Shown here in pieces: positions 40,270 to 50,123 of a DNA stretch of 64,000 bases (position 1 is its first letter; each line of letters opens with the position of its first letter). The DNA lies in contig CAWFQB010000001.1 of assembly GCA_963817895.1 (NCBI GenBank), positions 736,001 through 800,000 on the forward strand, read 5' to 3'. Below the pieces are notes generated by a model, which searched no databases, was not told the DNA's origin, and saw only the letters and a program-made list of their open reading frames with translations. The position numbers were made by a program, and so were the translations under genes. This stretch comes from an uncultured Chthonomonadaceae bacterium. GTDB taxonomy: Bacteria > Armatimonadota > Chthonomonadetes > Chthonomonadales > Chthonomonadaceae.

Positions 40270-41310
40270 ATGAAGATTTGGCCTTACATTTTAACTGCGG
40301 TTCTGGTGGCTGGCGCGGTGGCTGTGTGGCGCGGCGCGGTTGTGATGCGGCAGCGCAGCCCGCGCGGGATTTTTCACGCTTCCATTACGCGGGGGGCGGA
40401 TGTGCCGATGCGCGCCGACCTGACAATGACATGGCGTAAGCACGGGCAGACTTTTACCACGCAGGCGCATGTCACGCAGGGCGCAAAGGGGCGCTACCGC
40501 ATGGAGTACACGTTCCCCGCCGACACGAGCGGCAGGATCGTGTATTCGGACGGAAACACCCAATGGCAGGTGGAACCGAACCGGAACCTGCTTGCCGCGA
40601 CCGATTTGATCCCGGAGAGTGAGCAGAACGGGCGCGATACGGAGGATTTATTAACGCAAAACTATCGCATCGCCCTGGTTTCCGATGAGGAGAAGATTGC
40701 GGGACGGCGCGCTTACCTGCTGGAACTGTTGCCGCGTCAGGAGGGGAAAAGCAGCCAGAAACGCTGGATAGACCGGGAAACCCTCAAGACCCTGCGCATC
40801 GAAACGCACTACCCGGATGGTATTCTCGCCCGAATGATCGCCTACAGTGTGGTCGCTCTGCCCGCGCAGGTTACGCCGTCCGACTTCGCGCCGCCTGCAA
40901 ACCTGAAACTGCGGCGCGTGACGGCTTCCGGCACATCCCCAACATTCGCAACGCGCAATACGGACGTGTCGGCGCGCGGGTTGGGACTGCATATGGAGGG
41001 CGCATTGGGGTTCCGGCTCACGCAAATCGCTTCCAGTCCCGTTGAATCCGCAAAAACGGCGCACCTGCTGTACAGCGATGGCATTGAATCGGTTTCCGTT
41101 TTCGTTCAAAACGGCGGCGCGCCCGCCCTTGCCAACGCCCCCGGCTGGCATAGCGTCACCCTCAACGGCAAGCCCGCGTTCGAGAACCTTGACGGGCATC
41201 TGGACGCGATTGTCTGGACGCAGGGCAAATACCGCTATACCGCCGTGTCTCATCTGGGACCAAAAGCGCTGCAAAATTTTGTAGGCAGCCAGATGGCGGC
41301 AGGTCAATAG
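40270..41310 (+). CDS. MucB/RseB-like periplasmic regulator
   Basis: IAGRRAYLLELLPR, WIDRET and HLLYSDGIESVSVF; follows the anti-sigma gene. Confidence 0.85.
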   Translation: MKIWPYILTAVLVAGAVAVWRGAVVMRQRSPRGIFHASITRGADVPMRADLTMTWRKHGQTFTTQAHVTQGAKGRYRMEYTFPADTSGRIVYSDGNTQWQVEPNRNLLAATDLIPESEQNGRDTEDLLTQNYRIALVSDEEKIAGRRAYLLELLPRQEGKSSQKRWIDRETLKTLRIETHYPDGILARMIAYSVVALPAQVTPSDFAPPANLKLRRVTASGTSPTFATRNTDVSARGLGLHMEGALGFRLTQIASSPVESAKTAHLLYSDGIESVSVFVQNGGAPALANAPGWHSVTLNGKPAFENLDGHLDAIVWTQGKYRYTAVSHLGPKALQNFVGSQMAAGQ

Positions 41311-42392
41311 GATTGAGGATTGAGAGTGGAGGCTTGTTCTTCCTCTTCCAGCATATACAGATTGGCGGGCGAATTGGCGAGCGTGTTAGGGGGCGGCTGT
41401 AGGCGGTCCAACAGTTTTTGGGCGCGCTGATGATAAAACGAAACGGCCTGGGTTTCCAGAACGTCCTGGCATAACGTGATGGCGCGATGGGCGTTTTGGC
41501 GGGCGGCGAACACTTCCGCCTGTATCAGCAGCGTGTTGGCGTGGGCGTTGGGGTTCAGGCCGAGCGCGGCGGAACGCTGCGCATAGTCGCGGGCGCGATC
41601 CCATTCCCCCTGCTTCACGGCCAGTTCCGCCAGAGCGCGTAATGCCGTGCCGCGCCGGAACGGGTCCATGTCGTTCAATTGGGACGCGAGCAGCGCGGCG
41701 ATCTCCTGCGCTTCCGCCAGTTTGTCCGATTCGATCAGCATCACGAGCAATTGCGACTGCACGGCGAACCGGATGGGCAGGGACGGGGCTTTGGGCGCGG
41801 CGGCCTGCCGCGCCAGTTCCAGCGCGTCGTCAATGCGGTTTTGGTATAGGCGGCAGTGGCTCAGGTTGGCAAGCGCGACAATGGCGATGTCGGAATCGGG
41901 TTTGGCGGCTTGCAGAGTGGATTCCAGCAGCTTTTCGGCCTGCGCCAGCCGGTCGAGATTAATACAGGCGTTCGCGGCGAACAGTTCAACGGTTGGGCGC
42001 AGGCGTTTGGGAATGGGGTTGCTCAACGTCTGGTCGAGCAGAATTCCGGCTTCGGCAAAGTCGCCCTGCCGCACCAGAATGATGCCCAGATGCGCGCGGG
42101 CGGCAGCCAGATGCGACGCAAATCCCTGCTTCTCGTTTTCGCGCACAGCAATTTCCGCAAACGGACGCGCCAGCGCGAACTCGCCCAGGCCCACATAGCA
42201 GGCGCACAGAAACCCGGCTGTCGGCCCGCGCCAGCGGGGAAGCGCGCGAGTTGCGGCATGGTACGCGCGCAAAATCGGCAACGCCTGCCGAAAGCGTCCG
42301 GCGCGTATCAGATGCGATCCGTACTGCATCGGCCCGACAATGCCCGTCAGCAGTCCTAATTCAAACAGCAGCGCCCAGGTAATCGTGTCCAT
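41304..42392 (-). CDS. TPR-like protein
   Basis: Repeated helical TPR-like units; its C-terminus STLNPQSY is encoded by TCAATCC-type heptamers. Confidence 0.75.
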   Translation of the reverse strand: MDTITWALLFELGLLTGIVGPMQYGSHLIRAGRFRQALPILRAYHAATRALPRWRGPTAGFLCACYVGLGEFALARPFAEIAVRENEKQGFASHLAAARAHLGIILVRQGDFAEAGILLDQTLSNPIPKRLRPTVELFAANACINLDRLAQAEKLLESTLQAAKPDSDIAIVALANLSHCRLYQNRIDDALELARQAAAPKAPSLPIRFAVQSQLLVMLIESDKLAEAQEIAALLASQLNDMDPFRRGTALRALAELAVKQGEWDRARDYAQRSAALGLNPNAHANTLLIQAEVFAARQNAHRAITLCQDVLETQAVSFYHQRAQKLLDRLQPPPNTLANSPANLYMLEEEEQASTLNPQSY

Positions 42393-42466
42393 AGGGAAGG
42401 AAAAAGGAAAAAGACGAAAGGAAAAAGAACAAGTGTTTATGTTAGTATACCTGTTGGAGAATTGAA

Positions 42467-43135
42467 ATGTGGAAGCCTGTGACTGCCGAACATAAAGGAA
42501 GCAAACGCGCCGCATGGAAAATAGGCGTAGTTTTGTTCTTACTGGCGCTGATGTGGGTTGGCCTTGACGCTTCCATGCGCCGGACATGGCGAACGGTTCG
42601 CCTTGAAGCGGGCGACGGTGGAAGCGCGCTCATCGTTGAGGTTCCGCCGGGGTGGGAGGGAATTTCTGAAGATGACACCCACTCCTATCTGACGGTGACT
42701 GCGCCCCGTCCCACAGGTTTATCTCGCTGGTGGGACGAGTACATCCTCAAGATGGATATGCGCCAGTGGAAGTTTGAAAGCATAACCATCCATATTGGCG
42801 AACGTCCCGTGACAACAAGCGACGAGGGACGCAAAGAGTTGGACATGGTAAGGCAAACACTGATTTCTAATGATCGCGCAATATTCAAAAAGGTGAAAAC
42901 GACACCGCTTACTCACGCCGATTGGGTTGGCTTTGAATTGGAATCAACCGGCTACACAGGTGGGGGCAGCGCGAGATATGGGTTTCAATTCACTGTGCTG
43001 CTGAATCATTACGACGCTTTCAAGCATCGTAGCGCAATGATAACTGTGCAAGCGCCGCCGATGTCGCCAGATTTTCTCCCGTTGAAGCCGACAATGGATG
43101 AAATCATTCGCCGCCTGAAACTCGTACAGAAATAA
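42467..43135 (+). CDS. Hypothetical membrane-anchored protein
   Basis: GGAG RBS, one TM segment, VEVPPGW. Confidence 0.65.
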   Translation: MWKPVTAEHKGSKRAAWKIGVVLFLLALMWVGLDASMRRTWRTVRLEAGDGGSALIVEVPPGWEGISEDDTHSYLTVTAPRPTGLSRWWDEYILKMDMRQWKFESITIHIGERPVTTSDEGRKELDMVRQTLISNDRAIFKKVKTTPLTHADWVGFELESTGYTGGGSARYGFQFTVLLNHYDAFKHRSAMITVQAPPMSPDFLPLKPTMDEIIRRLKLVQK

Positions 43136-43296
43136 TAGAAGCGGATTCGAGTGAACCAAACATTTACCGTCCGCGTCTGGTAAAATAGAAGTAGAGAAAG
43201 TTAAAATAGAACGTTACGATTACGCAGCCGATGATGTTACTGGATATTGCTGCGAGAACCGAGCCTGAACGCCTGTAACAGAACAGGAAGGACATC

Positions 43297-44061
43297 ATGA
43301 GCGCCAATTTACCGACATACCGTTTGCCTGAGCGTTTCCGCGCGGATGGCGTTTCGCCCGCGCAGAAGGATACCCGCGCGCTGCTGCTGTTTGCTACAGT
43401 GCTGACGGTTATTCTAAGTTTTGTGCCCTACAGCGAGGTCTTTTTGTACCCGCTGCGGTTGTTCGTCACCTTTGTGCATGAGAGCGGACACGCGCTGGCT
43501 TCCCTGCTGGTGGGCGGCAGCGTATCGTCCGTGTCCGTCGCGCCCAATGGCAGCGGCCTGACGTATAGCACGGGCTATACCGCGTTGACCGCCTGGCTCG
43601 TATGCAGCGCGGGTTATCTGGGAACCACGCTGTTCGGCGCGGCCCTGCTGCAACTGGGGCGCCTACGCGGACTGCAAAATCCGGGGCGCGTGATGCTGTA
43701 CGCGTTGGCCGGGGCGATGCTGGCGATTATGATATGGGTGCGCGATCCGTTTACGCTTGTGACCGGGTTGGGCATCGCCGGACTGTTCTGGTTCGCGGCC
43801 CGCAAAGCGTCGCCGCGCGTCGCGGAGTTTTTGGCGATGTTCCTGGCCGTACAATGCAGCCTGAACGCGCTGGTGGATTTGCGGACGCTGCTGTACCTGT
43901 CCACCAAAATGCCCGAATCGCAAACCGACGCGCTGAATATGCAGCACATGTATCTGCTGCCCGCCGCGTTCTGGGCGTTTATGTGGGCGCTGACCGCCGT
44001 TGTGGTGCTGGGCGTATCGCTGTGGAGTTACTTCCGCGCCATGGCGAAAAGCCGCTTGTAA
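43297..44061 (+). CDS. M50B-like membrane metallopeptidase
   Basis: TFVHESGHAL, SAGYLG and TDA motifs; multiple TM segments. Confidence 0.9.
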   Translation: MSANLPTYRLPERFRADGVSPAQKDTRALLLFATVLTVILSFVPYSEVFLYPLRLFVTFVHESGHALASLLVGGSVSSVSVAPNGSGLTYSTGYTALTAWLVCSAGYLGTTLFGAALLQLGRLRGLQNPGRVMLYALAGAMLAIMIWVRDPFTLVTGLGIAGLFWFAARKASPRVAEFLAMFLAVQCSLNALVDLRTLLYLSTKMPESQTDALNMQHMYLLPAAFWAFMWALTAVVVLGVSLWSYFRAMAKSRL

Positions 44062-44344
44062 CACACGGAATTACCTCACCCCAACCCCTCTCCTAGCCGC
44101 GCAACGCGCCAGGAGAGGGGCTTTTTTTGACTGATACTACATTTTAATGGTAAGAGGTTGGTGTGTGCAGGGTATTATATGTAATGCTAATTTAGGTTCA
44201 TGCGCTATTTTGATATAAAAAATTTTTATTCATTAAAACTTACTAAAAATCTATATAAGAGCGAAAGTTTTACGAATCAAAAAACCCCTCTCCTGGCGCG
44301 TTGCGCGGCTAGGAGAGGGGTTGGGGTGAGGTAATTCCGTGTGT
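44061..44344. repeat. MITE-like unit: ~60-bp perfect inverted repeats of REP-like palindromes around an AT-rich core
   Basis: ACACACGGAATTACCTCACCCCAACCCCTCTCCTAGCCGCGCAACGCGCCAGGAGAGGGG and its exact reverse complement ending at 44344. Confidence 0.88.
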
Positions 44345-44365
44345 ATCCATTACGTATCGTAGAGT

Positions 44366-44629
44366 ATGAGCGATAACAGACCTTCAACCTCCGCTTCGGA
44401 GGGGAATAATACAACTCCCACTGTCGGCGGGACGCTGAAAGCGGGGGACGAGGGGGCTTGCGGGCATTGCGGCGCGTTGGTCTACGGGGATAGCATCCGT
44501 TGCAGGCAATGTGGGCGCTTTCCCATTCGGATGCGCCAGTGTCCGCGCTGCAAGTCTATTGCCGCTGTGGACACGATGCGCTGCTGGAAGTGCAGGCGCG
44601 TCTTCGATCCCGACGGAGATTACCTGTAA
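44366..44629 (+). CDS. Double zinc ribbon protein
   Basis: Four CxxC pairs (CGHC, CRQC, CPRC, CWKC). Confidence 0.75.
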   Translation: MSDNRPSTSASEGNNTTPTVGGTLKAGDEGACGHCGALVYGDSIRCRQCGRFPIRMRQCPRCKSIAAVDTMRCWKCRRVFDPDGDYL

Positions 44630-44791
44630 TATGCCCGGCTGCTTTATGGTGTGATATAAATCACACTCGCTGTGTAATGTAATTCACTGTTTATTGTTTA
44701 ACGAAACGGCTATAATGAGAGTATAATACTTCCTGAATACCTGCTGAAAACCTTGCTCGCCGGCTTGCGCGGGCTGGTACTGGAAATCACT

Positions 44792-45691
44792 ATGAACGTT
44801 ACCCTGCTCGGAACCGGGGCGGCAGAAGGCTGGCCCGGCCTGTTTTGTCGCTGCCAATCGTGTCTTCAGGCGCGAACGCTGGGTGGCAAGAACATTCGCA
44901 CCCGCTCGTCCGCGCTGATTGACGGCGTACTCAAAATAGACCTGCCCCCGGATACGTTTCATCAGGTGGTTGCCCATAACATTGACCTGTGCAGTATCAA
45001 GGCATTGCTGTTTACGCACATTCATGACGACCACTTTTGCGGCGGGGAACTCCAGTATCTCGGCGCCTATTTTGTCACCGCGCCCCTGCCGGAACCGCTC
45101 CCCGTATACGGCCCGCCCGAAGTGATTGAGTGGCTGTACGCCAATCTTCACGTAGAAACGTTGCCCATCACGCTTCATGTGCTTACGGCATGGGAAACGG
45201 TTTGCATTGACGGCTATCACATCACGCCCCTTGTGGCGCAGCACGACCATTCCACCACCTGTTTCAACTATCTCATTGAGGACGCGCAGGGTACAATTCT
45301 GCTGTATGCCAGCGATACCGGCTGGTACGAGGACATAACCTGGCTGTTTTTGAAGGACATTACCCTTGACGGAATCGTGGTGGAGTGCCAGAAAGGGCAG
45401 GAGGACGGCGGCTATCCGGGGCATCTGTCCATTGGCGATGTGTTGCGGCTGCAATCCCGGCTGATTTCAAGCGGAACCTTTGCGCAGGACAAGCCCATGA
45501 CGGTCACACACCTGTCGCACATGAGCAACATGATGCACGACGAATGGGAAGCGCGCCTCGCGCCCTACCACATTCAGACCGCCTACGACGGCATGACGTT
45601 CATCGTGCCGCCGCCCACCCCTGCGGAACGGCAAAAGCGACGACTTGCCCACAGCGCCGCTCTGTCAGACGAATTACCGGCAGAGAACTGA
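44792..45691 (+). CDS. MBL-fold metallohydrolase (PhnP-like)
   Basis: LLGTGAAEGWPGLFCRCQSC, THIHDDH, YASDTG and AYDGM. Confidence 0.88.
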   Translation: MNVTLLGTGAAEGWPGLFCRCQSCLQARTLGGKNIRTRSSALIDGVLKIDLPPDTFHQVVAHNIDLCSIKALLFTHIHDDHFCGGELQYLGAYFVTAPLPEPLPVYGPPEVIEWLYANLHVETLPITLHVLTAWETVCIDGYHITPLVAQHDHSTTCFNYLIEDAQGTILLYASDTGWYEDITWLFLKDITLDGIVVECQKGQEDGGYPGHLSIGDVLRLQSRLISSGTFAQDKPMTVTHLSHMSNMMHDEWEARLAPYHIQTAYDGMTFIVPPPTPAERQKRRLAHSAALSDELPAEN

Positions 45692-45724
45692 CACGTTGCG
45701 TTTCAGTTAGACTGCGGCTTCAAC

Positions 45725-48268
45725 CTATTCTGCAACCACGTCCCCCATGTCTGTCGGCTCAACATTACGTTTGATTGTCTGAGGCTCTGCGCCTGGCTCC
45801 TGTGTGGGCGGCGTCTTCGCGTGAAGTGGGATACCCCCATCGTCTTTGCCGTCCGGCCCAACACTGTACAGCGCGTAACCGGTTCCCCGGCGCTGATACC
45901 GCAAGGGCGCGTTCAGCGCAAAAGAATCCATCGGGACGCGCGCCAAAATACCTGCTTTCACCAATTCCTGCAAAGTGTCCGGGTACGCGGCATGTTCCTG
46001 CTGATAGGCGCGCAGCGCGAGTTTGGCAATAATCAATTCGTTCAGCGCGCGACAGCCGACATCTTTACACCATGTATTAAGCACGGATACGCCGTCTCCG
46101 TTTGTGTTCTCCGTCAGAATCGTTCCAACCACATTTTGCGGAACCGCAGGCGGAGCCGAATGCGCGGCGTAAGGCTGCGAAACGTAGGCGATACTTTGAC
46201 CCAGGTAACGCGTGTAACTCTCCAGGCAATCCTGCTTACCTGCGAACCACAAGTCCCAACGCATGGTCCTGATACGCGCCTCATCAAACTGACGCTCAAC
46301 GGGACCTGCTTCCTTCCAGGAATTCAGCAGTTTGGCGCGCCAATCTGGTGAGCGGTAAACTTCTATCAGCCCTGCCAGTTGCGCCCATTTTTCCTCCTCC
46401 ATTACCTCGGCAAGCGGTGTTGACGCCGCTTCAATCCCCTCCATGCGGCGCGCCGCGCGCCGCGCCTCCGATGCATGGAGCTTTTCTGCCCATGTCCAGA
46501 GATCACGGCGTCCAATATCCTGGCAGGCAAGGCCCACCAGTCTTCCCAGCATTGAGGCGCTATGCTGAACGCGGCAACCTAAATCCATGATGTCCAGGCC
46601 GCTTTCCGCTGCGCCTGTCAGATCGCCCCGGTCTGCCCGCGCTCGCTCTTCCACGCGCAGCACACGCGCCAGCGCGCGAAAAGCGGCGTATTGTGGAAAC
46701 ATCGTGTCAAACGAGCGATACTGCGGCTCCTGGTAAGCAAATTTCAGTCCCTGTCGAAAGCCGATCAGCGCGTCCGTGTTGGCGCGCAGCAGCGCCTCCG
46801 TTTCGCGCCGCGTGTAGATAATTTCCTTGCCTGTCTTTTCATCCGTTCTGTAGATTTGCCCCTTTTTATTCACAAGAACAAAACTGCGGCTCTCCTTTGT
46901 GAGGGATTTTGACGCCGCCACAAAGTTGTCATAAGCATCTTGATTTGGCGTTATTTTCACGGCGGGAATCTCGATTTGCGGCTCCGCTTCCAGGCTGCTT
47001 CGCCACAGCCCGAAGGCAATCAGGCCGATAAGGGTAACACCGCCAAGCGCTCCCAGCGTCAAGCGAACGCCCCGCCGAAAGGCGCGACCCTGTCGGCGCA
47101 GTTCATCTCCCGGCATGTTTTCGCGTACCCAGGCGCGATTGAATACCTGCCGGTAGATGCGATTGCGGACGCGCAGCCTTCCCTGTTCGCTTCGCGCCAC
47201 CCCCGCCAATTTCAGCCGCTCGACAAGAGGATTGGTGGGATCGTCTGCCACCTGCCTGCCGCGCAGGACACGCTCGTAGAGTTCCAGCAGGGCCGTCGTG
47301 TCCACATCGCCTTTCAGCAGGTGGTTGCGCGCGAACGCGAGATTGTCTTCCGAATTCCGGGCGCGGGTGGAGAGAAACAGTTCGTGACAGAGTTTGTCCA
47401 CTTCGCCGGGTGTGCCATGCCCCCTGCCACGCGCCGCGCTCGCGAGCGGCGTTGCTTCCACGCCTGTAACCGCTTTGAACAACACCTGCGTGAGATAGGG
47501 ATGGCCGTTTGTCCAATAGAAAATACGGTCGAATACCTGCTGCGACCGGCGACTTGAAAGCCTTACGGATTGCGGCTGCGAACCGGCGCTAAGGGATTGC
47601 AGGCCACTGGCAAGCGGCTGCGCTTCCCGGCGGGTGAAATCGCGCAGTTCCACGCGCCGCCCGATGTTGAAGGGCGTGGTTTGCGGGTCGGAAATCAGTT
47701 CGGAAGGCGCGGCCACTCCGAGCAGGCAGAAGGTGAGCCGCGCATATTCCGGCTCCTGAACCCGGCTGTTGTAACATTCGCGTATGGCCGCGAAAAACTC
47801 ATCGGTGGAAAACGGCAGGCTGCGCGCGATGTCAATTTCATCAATCAGAATCACGATTGGTTCGGGGCAACGCTCCAGTCCGACTTCCCGCAGGGTTTCG
47901 AACAAACGCTGCATCGGGCCAAGTTCCTGACGCGCTTTCCAGTGCGCCAGAAACTCCGCGCGCAGGCCAAGTTCGCGCCCGATTTCCGCCAGCAATCCCG
48001 CATACCACTGCTCGGCGGAGAGATTTTTACCGCCGAACCGCGTCAAATCTATGAACACGGTTTTGATGCCGTCCGCCTGCAATCGGGCAATCGTCCGCAC
48101 GCACAGAGAGGATTTGCCCATCTGCCGCGCGTTCAGGACGTAACAATACTCGCCCGCCCGCAACCCTTCGTACAGCTCCGTATCCGCGCGGCGCGTAACA
48201 TAAGAGGAAGATTCGCGGGGCAGCGTGCCGCCCGTAATATAAAAAGGACTGGATGCGTTTGTGGTCAT
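45725..48268 (-). CDS. AAA_35-like NTPase + TM + extracytoplasmic helical domain with GspG-like C-terminus
   Basis: SYVTRRAD, ARQMGKSSL, LIDEID, TPFNIG and WTNGHPYLTQ; TM segment; C-terminal YPDTLQEL...LYSVGPDGKDDGG. Confidence 0.85.
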   Translation of the reverse strand: MTTNASSPFYITGGTLPRESSSYVTRRADTELYEGLRAGEYCYVLNARQMGKSSLCVRTIARLQADGIKTVFIDLTRFGGKNLSAEQWYAGLLAEIGRELGLRAEFLAHWKARQELGPMQRLFETLREVGLERCPEPIVILIDEIDIARSLPFSTDEFFAAIRECYNSRVQEPEYARLTFCLLGVAAPSELISDPQTTPFNIGRRVELRDFTRREAQPLASGLQSLSAGSQPQSVRLSSRRSQQVFDRIFYWTNGHPYLTQVLFKAVTGVEATPLASAARGRGHGTPGEVDKLCHELFLSTRARNSEDNLAFARNHLLKGDVDTTALLELYERVLRGRQVADDPTNPLVERLKLAGVARSEQGRLRVRNRIYRQVFNRAWVRENMPGDELRRQGRAFRRGVRLTLGALGGVTLIGLIAFGLWRSSLEAEPQIEIPAVKITPNQDAYDNFVAASKSLTKESRSFVLVNKKGQIYRTDEKTGKEIIYTRRETEALLRANTDALIGFRQGLKFAYQEPQYRSFDTMFPQYAAFRALARVLRVEERARADRGDLTGAAESGLDIMDLGCRVQHSASMLGRLVGLACQDIGRRDLWTWAEKLHASEARRAARRMEGIEAASTPLAEVMEEEKWAQLAGLIEVYRSPDWRAKLLNSWKEAGPVERQFDEARIRTMRWDLWFAGKQDCLESYTRYLGQSIAYVSQPYAAHSAPPAVPQNVVGTILTENTNGDGVSVLNTWCKDVGCRALNELIIAKLALRAYQQEHAAYPDTLQELVKAGILARVPMDSFALNAPLRYQRRGTGYALYSVGPDGKDDGGIPLHAKTPPTQEPGAEPQTIKRNVEPTDMGDVVAE

Positions 48269-48469
48269 CGTGTTTCCGCTGCGCAAATGTAGAAAGTTCG
48301 CAAGTCAAGTGGAAGCGAATAATGCAAATATCGCTCACAATATCTCTCTAATATAGTCTGTTAGAATACTATTCGCCGGGGAAGCTGAACAATCCTTTTA
48401 CGGCAGGAAAACGCGGTATGCGCTATAATGAGGAAGCGATAACAAATCGAACAGGAATGAGGAGTTGGC

Positions 48470-50092
48470 ATGACGATAATGAGTGAGCGGGAAGTGGAAC
48501 CGAAGGAAATAGAATTAAATCGGGTGGCGATTCTGCTGCGCGACGGGGATGAGGTTGCAGTCGCTAAAACGCGAATTGGAATGGGAACGGTTCTCGCTTT
48601 GCCGGATGGAAGCGCGCTGCGGGTCAACCAGACCGTTCCGCCCGGACATAAATTTGCTTTGAGCGGTGTTGCGGAGGGCGCTCCGGTGCGCAAGTACGGG
48701 CAGGTCATTGGCTACGCCACGCGCCCCATTCTGGCGGGCGACTGGGTGCATGTGCAGAATTTGGGATTTGGCGCGGGCGAAACAGCGGGCGCGGGCGCGT
48801 TGCATCTGGATTACGAGTTCAGCAGCGCCGTGCCGCAAGTCGCGTATGTACCCGCGCATTTGCAGCGGACGTTTCCCGGTTTCGCCCGCCCGGATGGGCG
48901 CGTGGGAACCCGCAACTATGTCGCGCTTGTGTCTACCGTGAACTGTTCGGCCTCTACAGTGAACGCTATTGCCGACCGCTTTCGTTCACCCGATATAATG
49001 CGCGATTTTCCGGGCGTGGATGGCGTAATCCCCTACGCGCACAAGAGCGGCTGTGGGCAGGCGATGGGCAGCGAGGACTACCACCAGTTGCAGCGAACCT
49101 TGAGCGGCATGGCGGATCATCCGAATGTGGGCGCGTATCTGCTGGCGGGATTGGGCTGCGAGGTGAATCAGGCGATGAGCATGGCGCAAAACGGCGGCCT
49201 GATTTCCGCCGATGTACTACTTCAGGGACGTCCGCAACTGCCCCCGATGTTCACGATTCAGGAGTCGGGCGGTATCCGCAAAGCCATTGAGCAGGGCGTG
49301 GAAGAGACTCTCAAATTGCTGCGCAAGGCGAGTCAGGCGAAACGGACGCCGCAGCAGGTATCAGGCCTGATTGTCGGCACGAACTGCGGCGGCAGCGACG
49401 GCAATTCCGGCGTGACCGCGAACCCGGCGGTGGGGGACGCGGGTGATACGTTTGTGCGGCATGGCGCGGGTTGGGTTCTGGCGGAAACCAGTGAAACCTA
49501 CGGCGCGGAACATCTGCTCACCCGCCGCGCCGTAACGCCCGAAGTGGGGCAAAAACTGGTGGATTTGATGCGCTGGTGGGAGTGGTACACGGGCGTATGG
49601 GGCGCAACCATTGACGGCAACCCCTCGCCGGGCAACAAAGAGGGCGGGCTGACAACCATCTACGAAAAGTCGCTCGGCGCGGTATCGAAAGCCGGGTCGT
49701 CGCCGCTTGTCGAAGTATACAAGTACGGCGCGCGGATTGACAAAAAAGGGCTGACATTCATGGACACGCCGGGACACGATCCGGTATCGGTCACAGGTCT
49801 TGTTGCGGGCGGCTGCAATCTGGTCGTGTTTACAACCGGGCGCGGCTCCTGTCTGGGCTTCAAGCCTGCTCCCGTCCTGAAAATCGCCACCAACTCAGCC
49901 CTGTACAACCGTCTGGAAGAGGATATGGATTTGGACGCGGGCGTGATTCTGAACGGCGTTCCGATTGCGGATGTGGGGCATCAGATTTTCGAGACGCTGA
50001 TCGCGGTCGCGGGAGGCCAGAAAACCAAAAGCGAAGCGCAGGGGCTGGGCGAGGACGAGTTCGCGCCCTGGATGCTCGGCCCCGTGATGTAG
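48470..50092 (+). CDS. Altronate/galactarate dehydratase family (UxaA/GarD), SAF + catalytic domains
   Basis: PPGHKFAL, GRVGTRNY, CGGSDG, NPSPGNKEGGLTTIYEKSLG and FTTGRG. Confidence 0.93.
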   Translation: MTIMSEREVEPKEIELNRVAILLRDGDEVAVAKTRIGMGTVLALPDGSALRVNQTVPPGHKFALSGVAEGAPVRKYGQVIGYATRPILAGDWVHVQNLGFGAGETAGAGALHLDYEFSSAVPQVAYVPAHLQRTFPGFARPDGRVGTRNYVALVSTVNCSASTVNAIADRFRSPDIMRDFPGVDGVIPYAHKSGCGQAMGSEDYHQLQRTLSGMADHPNVGAYLLAGLGCEVNQAMSMAQNGGLISADVLLQGRPQLPPMFTIQESGGIRKAIEQGVEETLKLLRKASQAKRTPQQVSGLIVGTNCGGSDGNSGVTANPAVGDAGDTFVRHGAGWVLAETSETYGAEHLLTRRAVTPEVGQKLVDLMRWWEWYTGVWGATIDGNPSPGNKEGGLTTIYEKSLGAVSKAGSSPLVEVYKYGARIDKKGLTFMDTPGHDPVSVTGLVAGGCNLVVFTTGRGSCLGFKPAPVLKIATNSALYNRLEEDMDLDAGVILNGVPIADVGHQIFETLIAVAGGQKTKSEAQGLGEDEFAPWMLGPVM

Positions 50093-50123
50093 CAAAGGAT
50101 AAAGGATGAAGGGTGATATTCCT

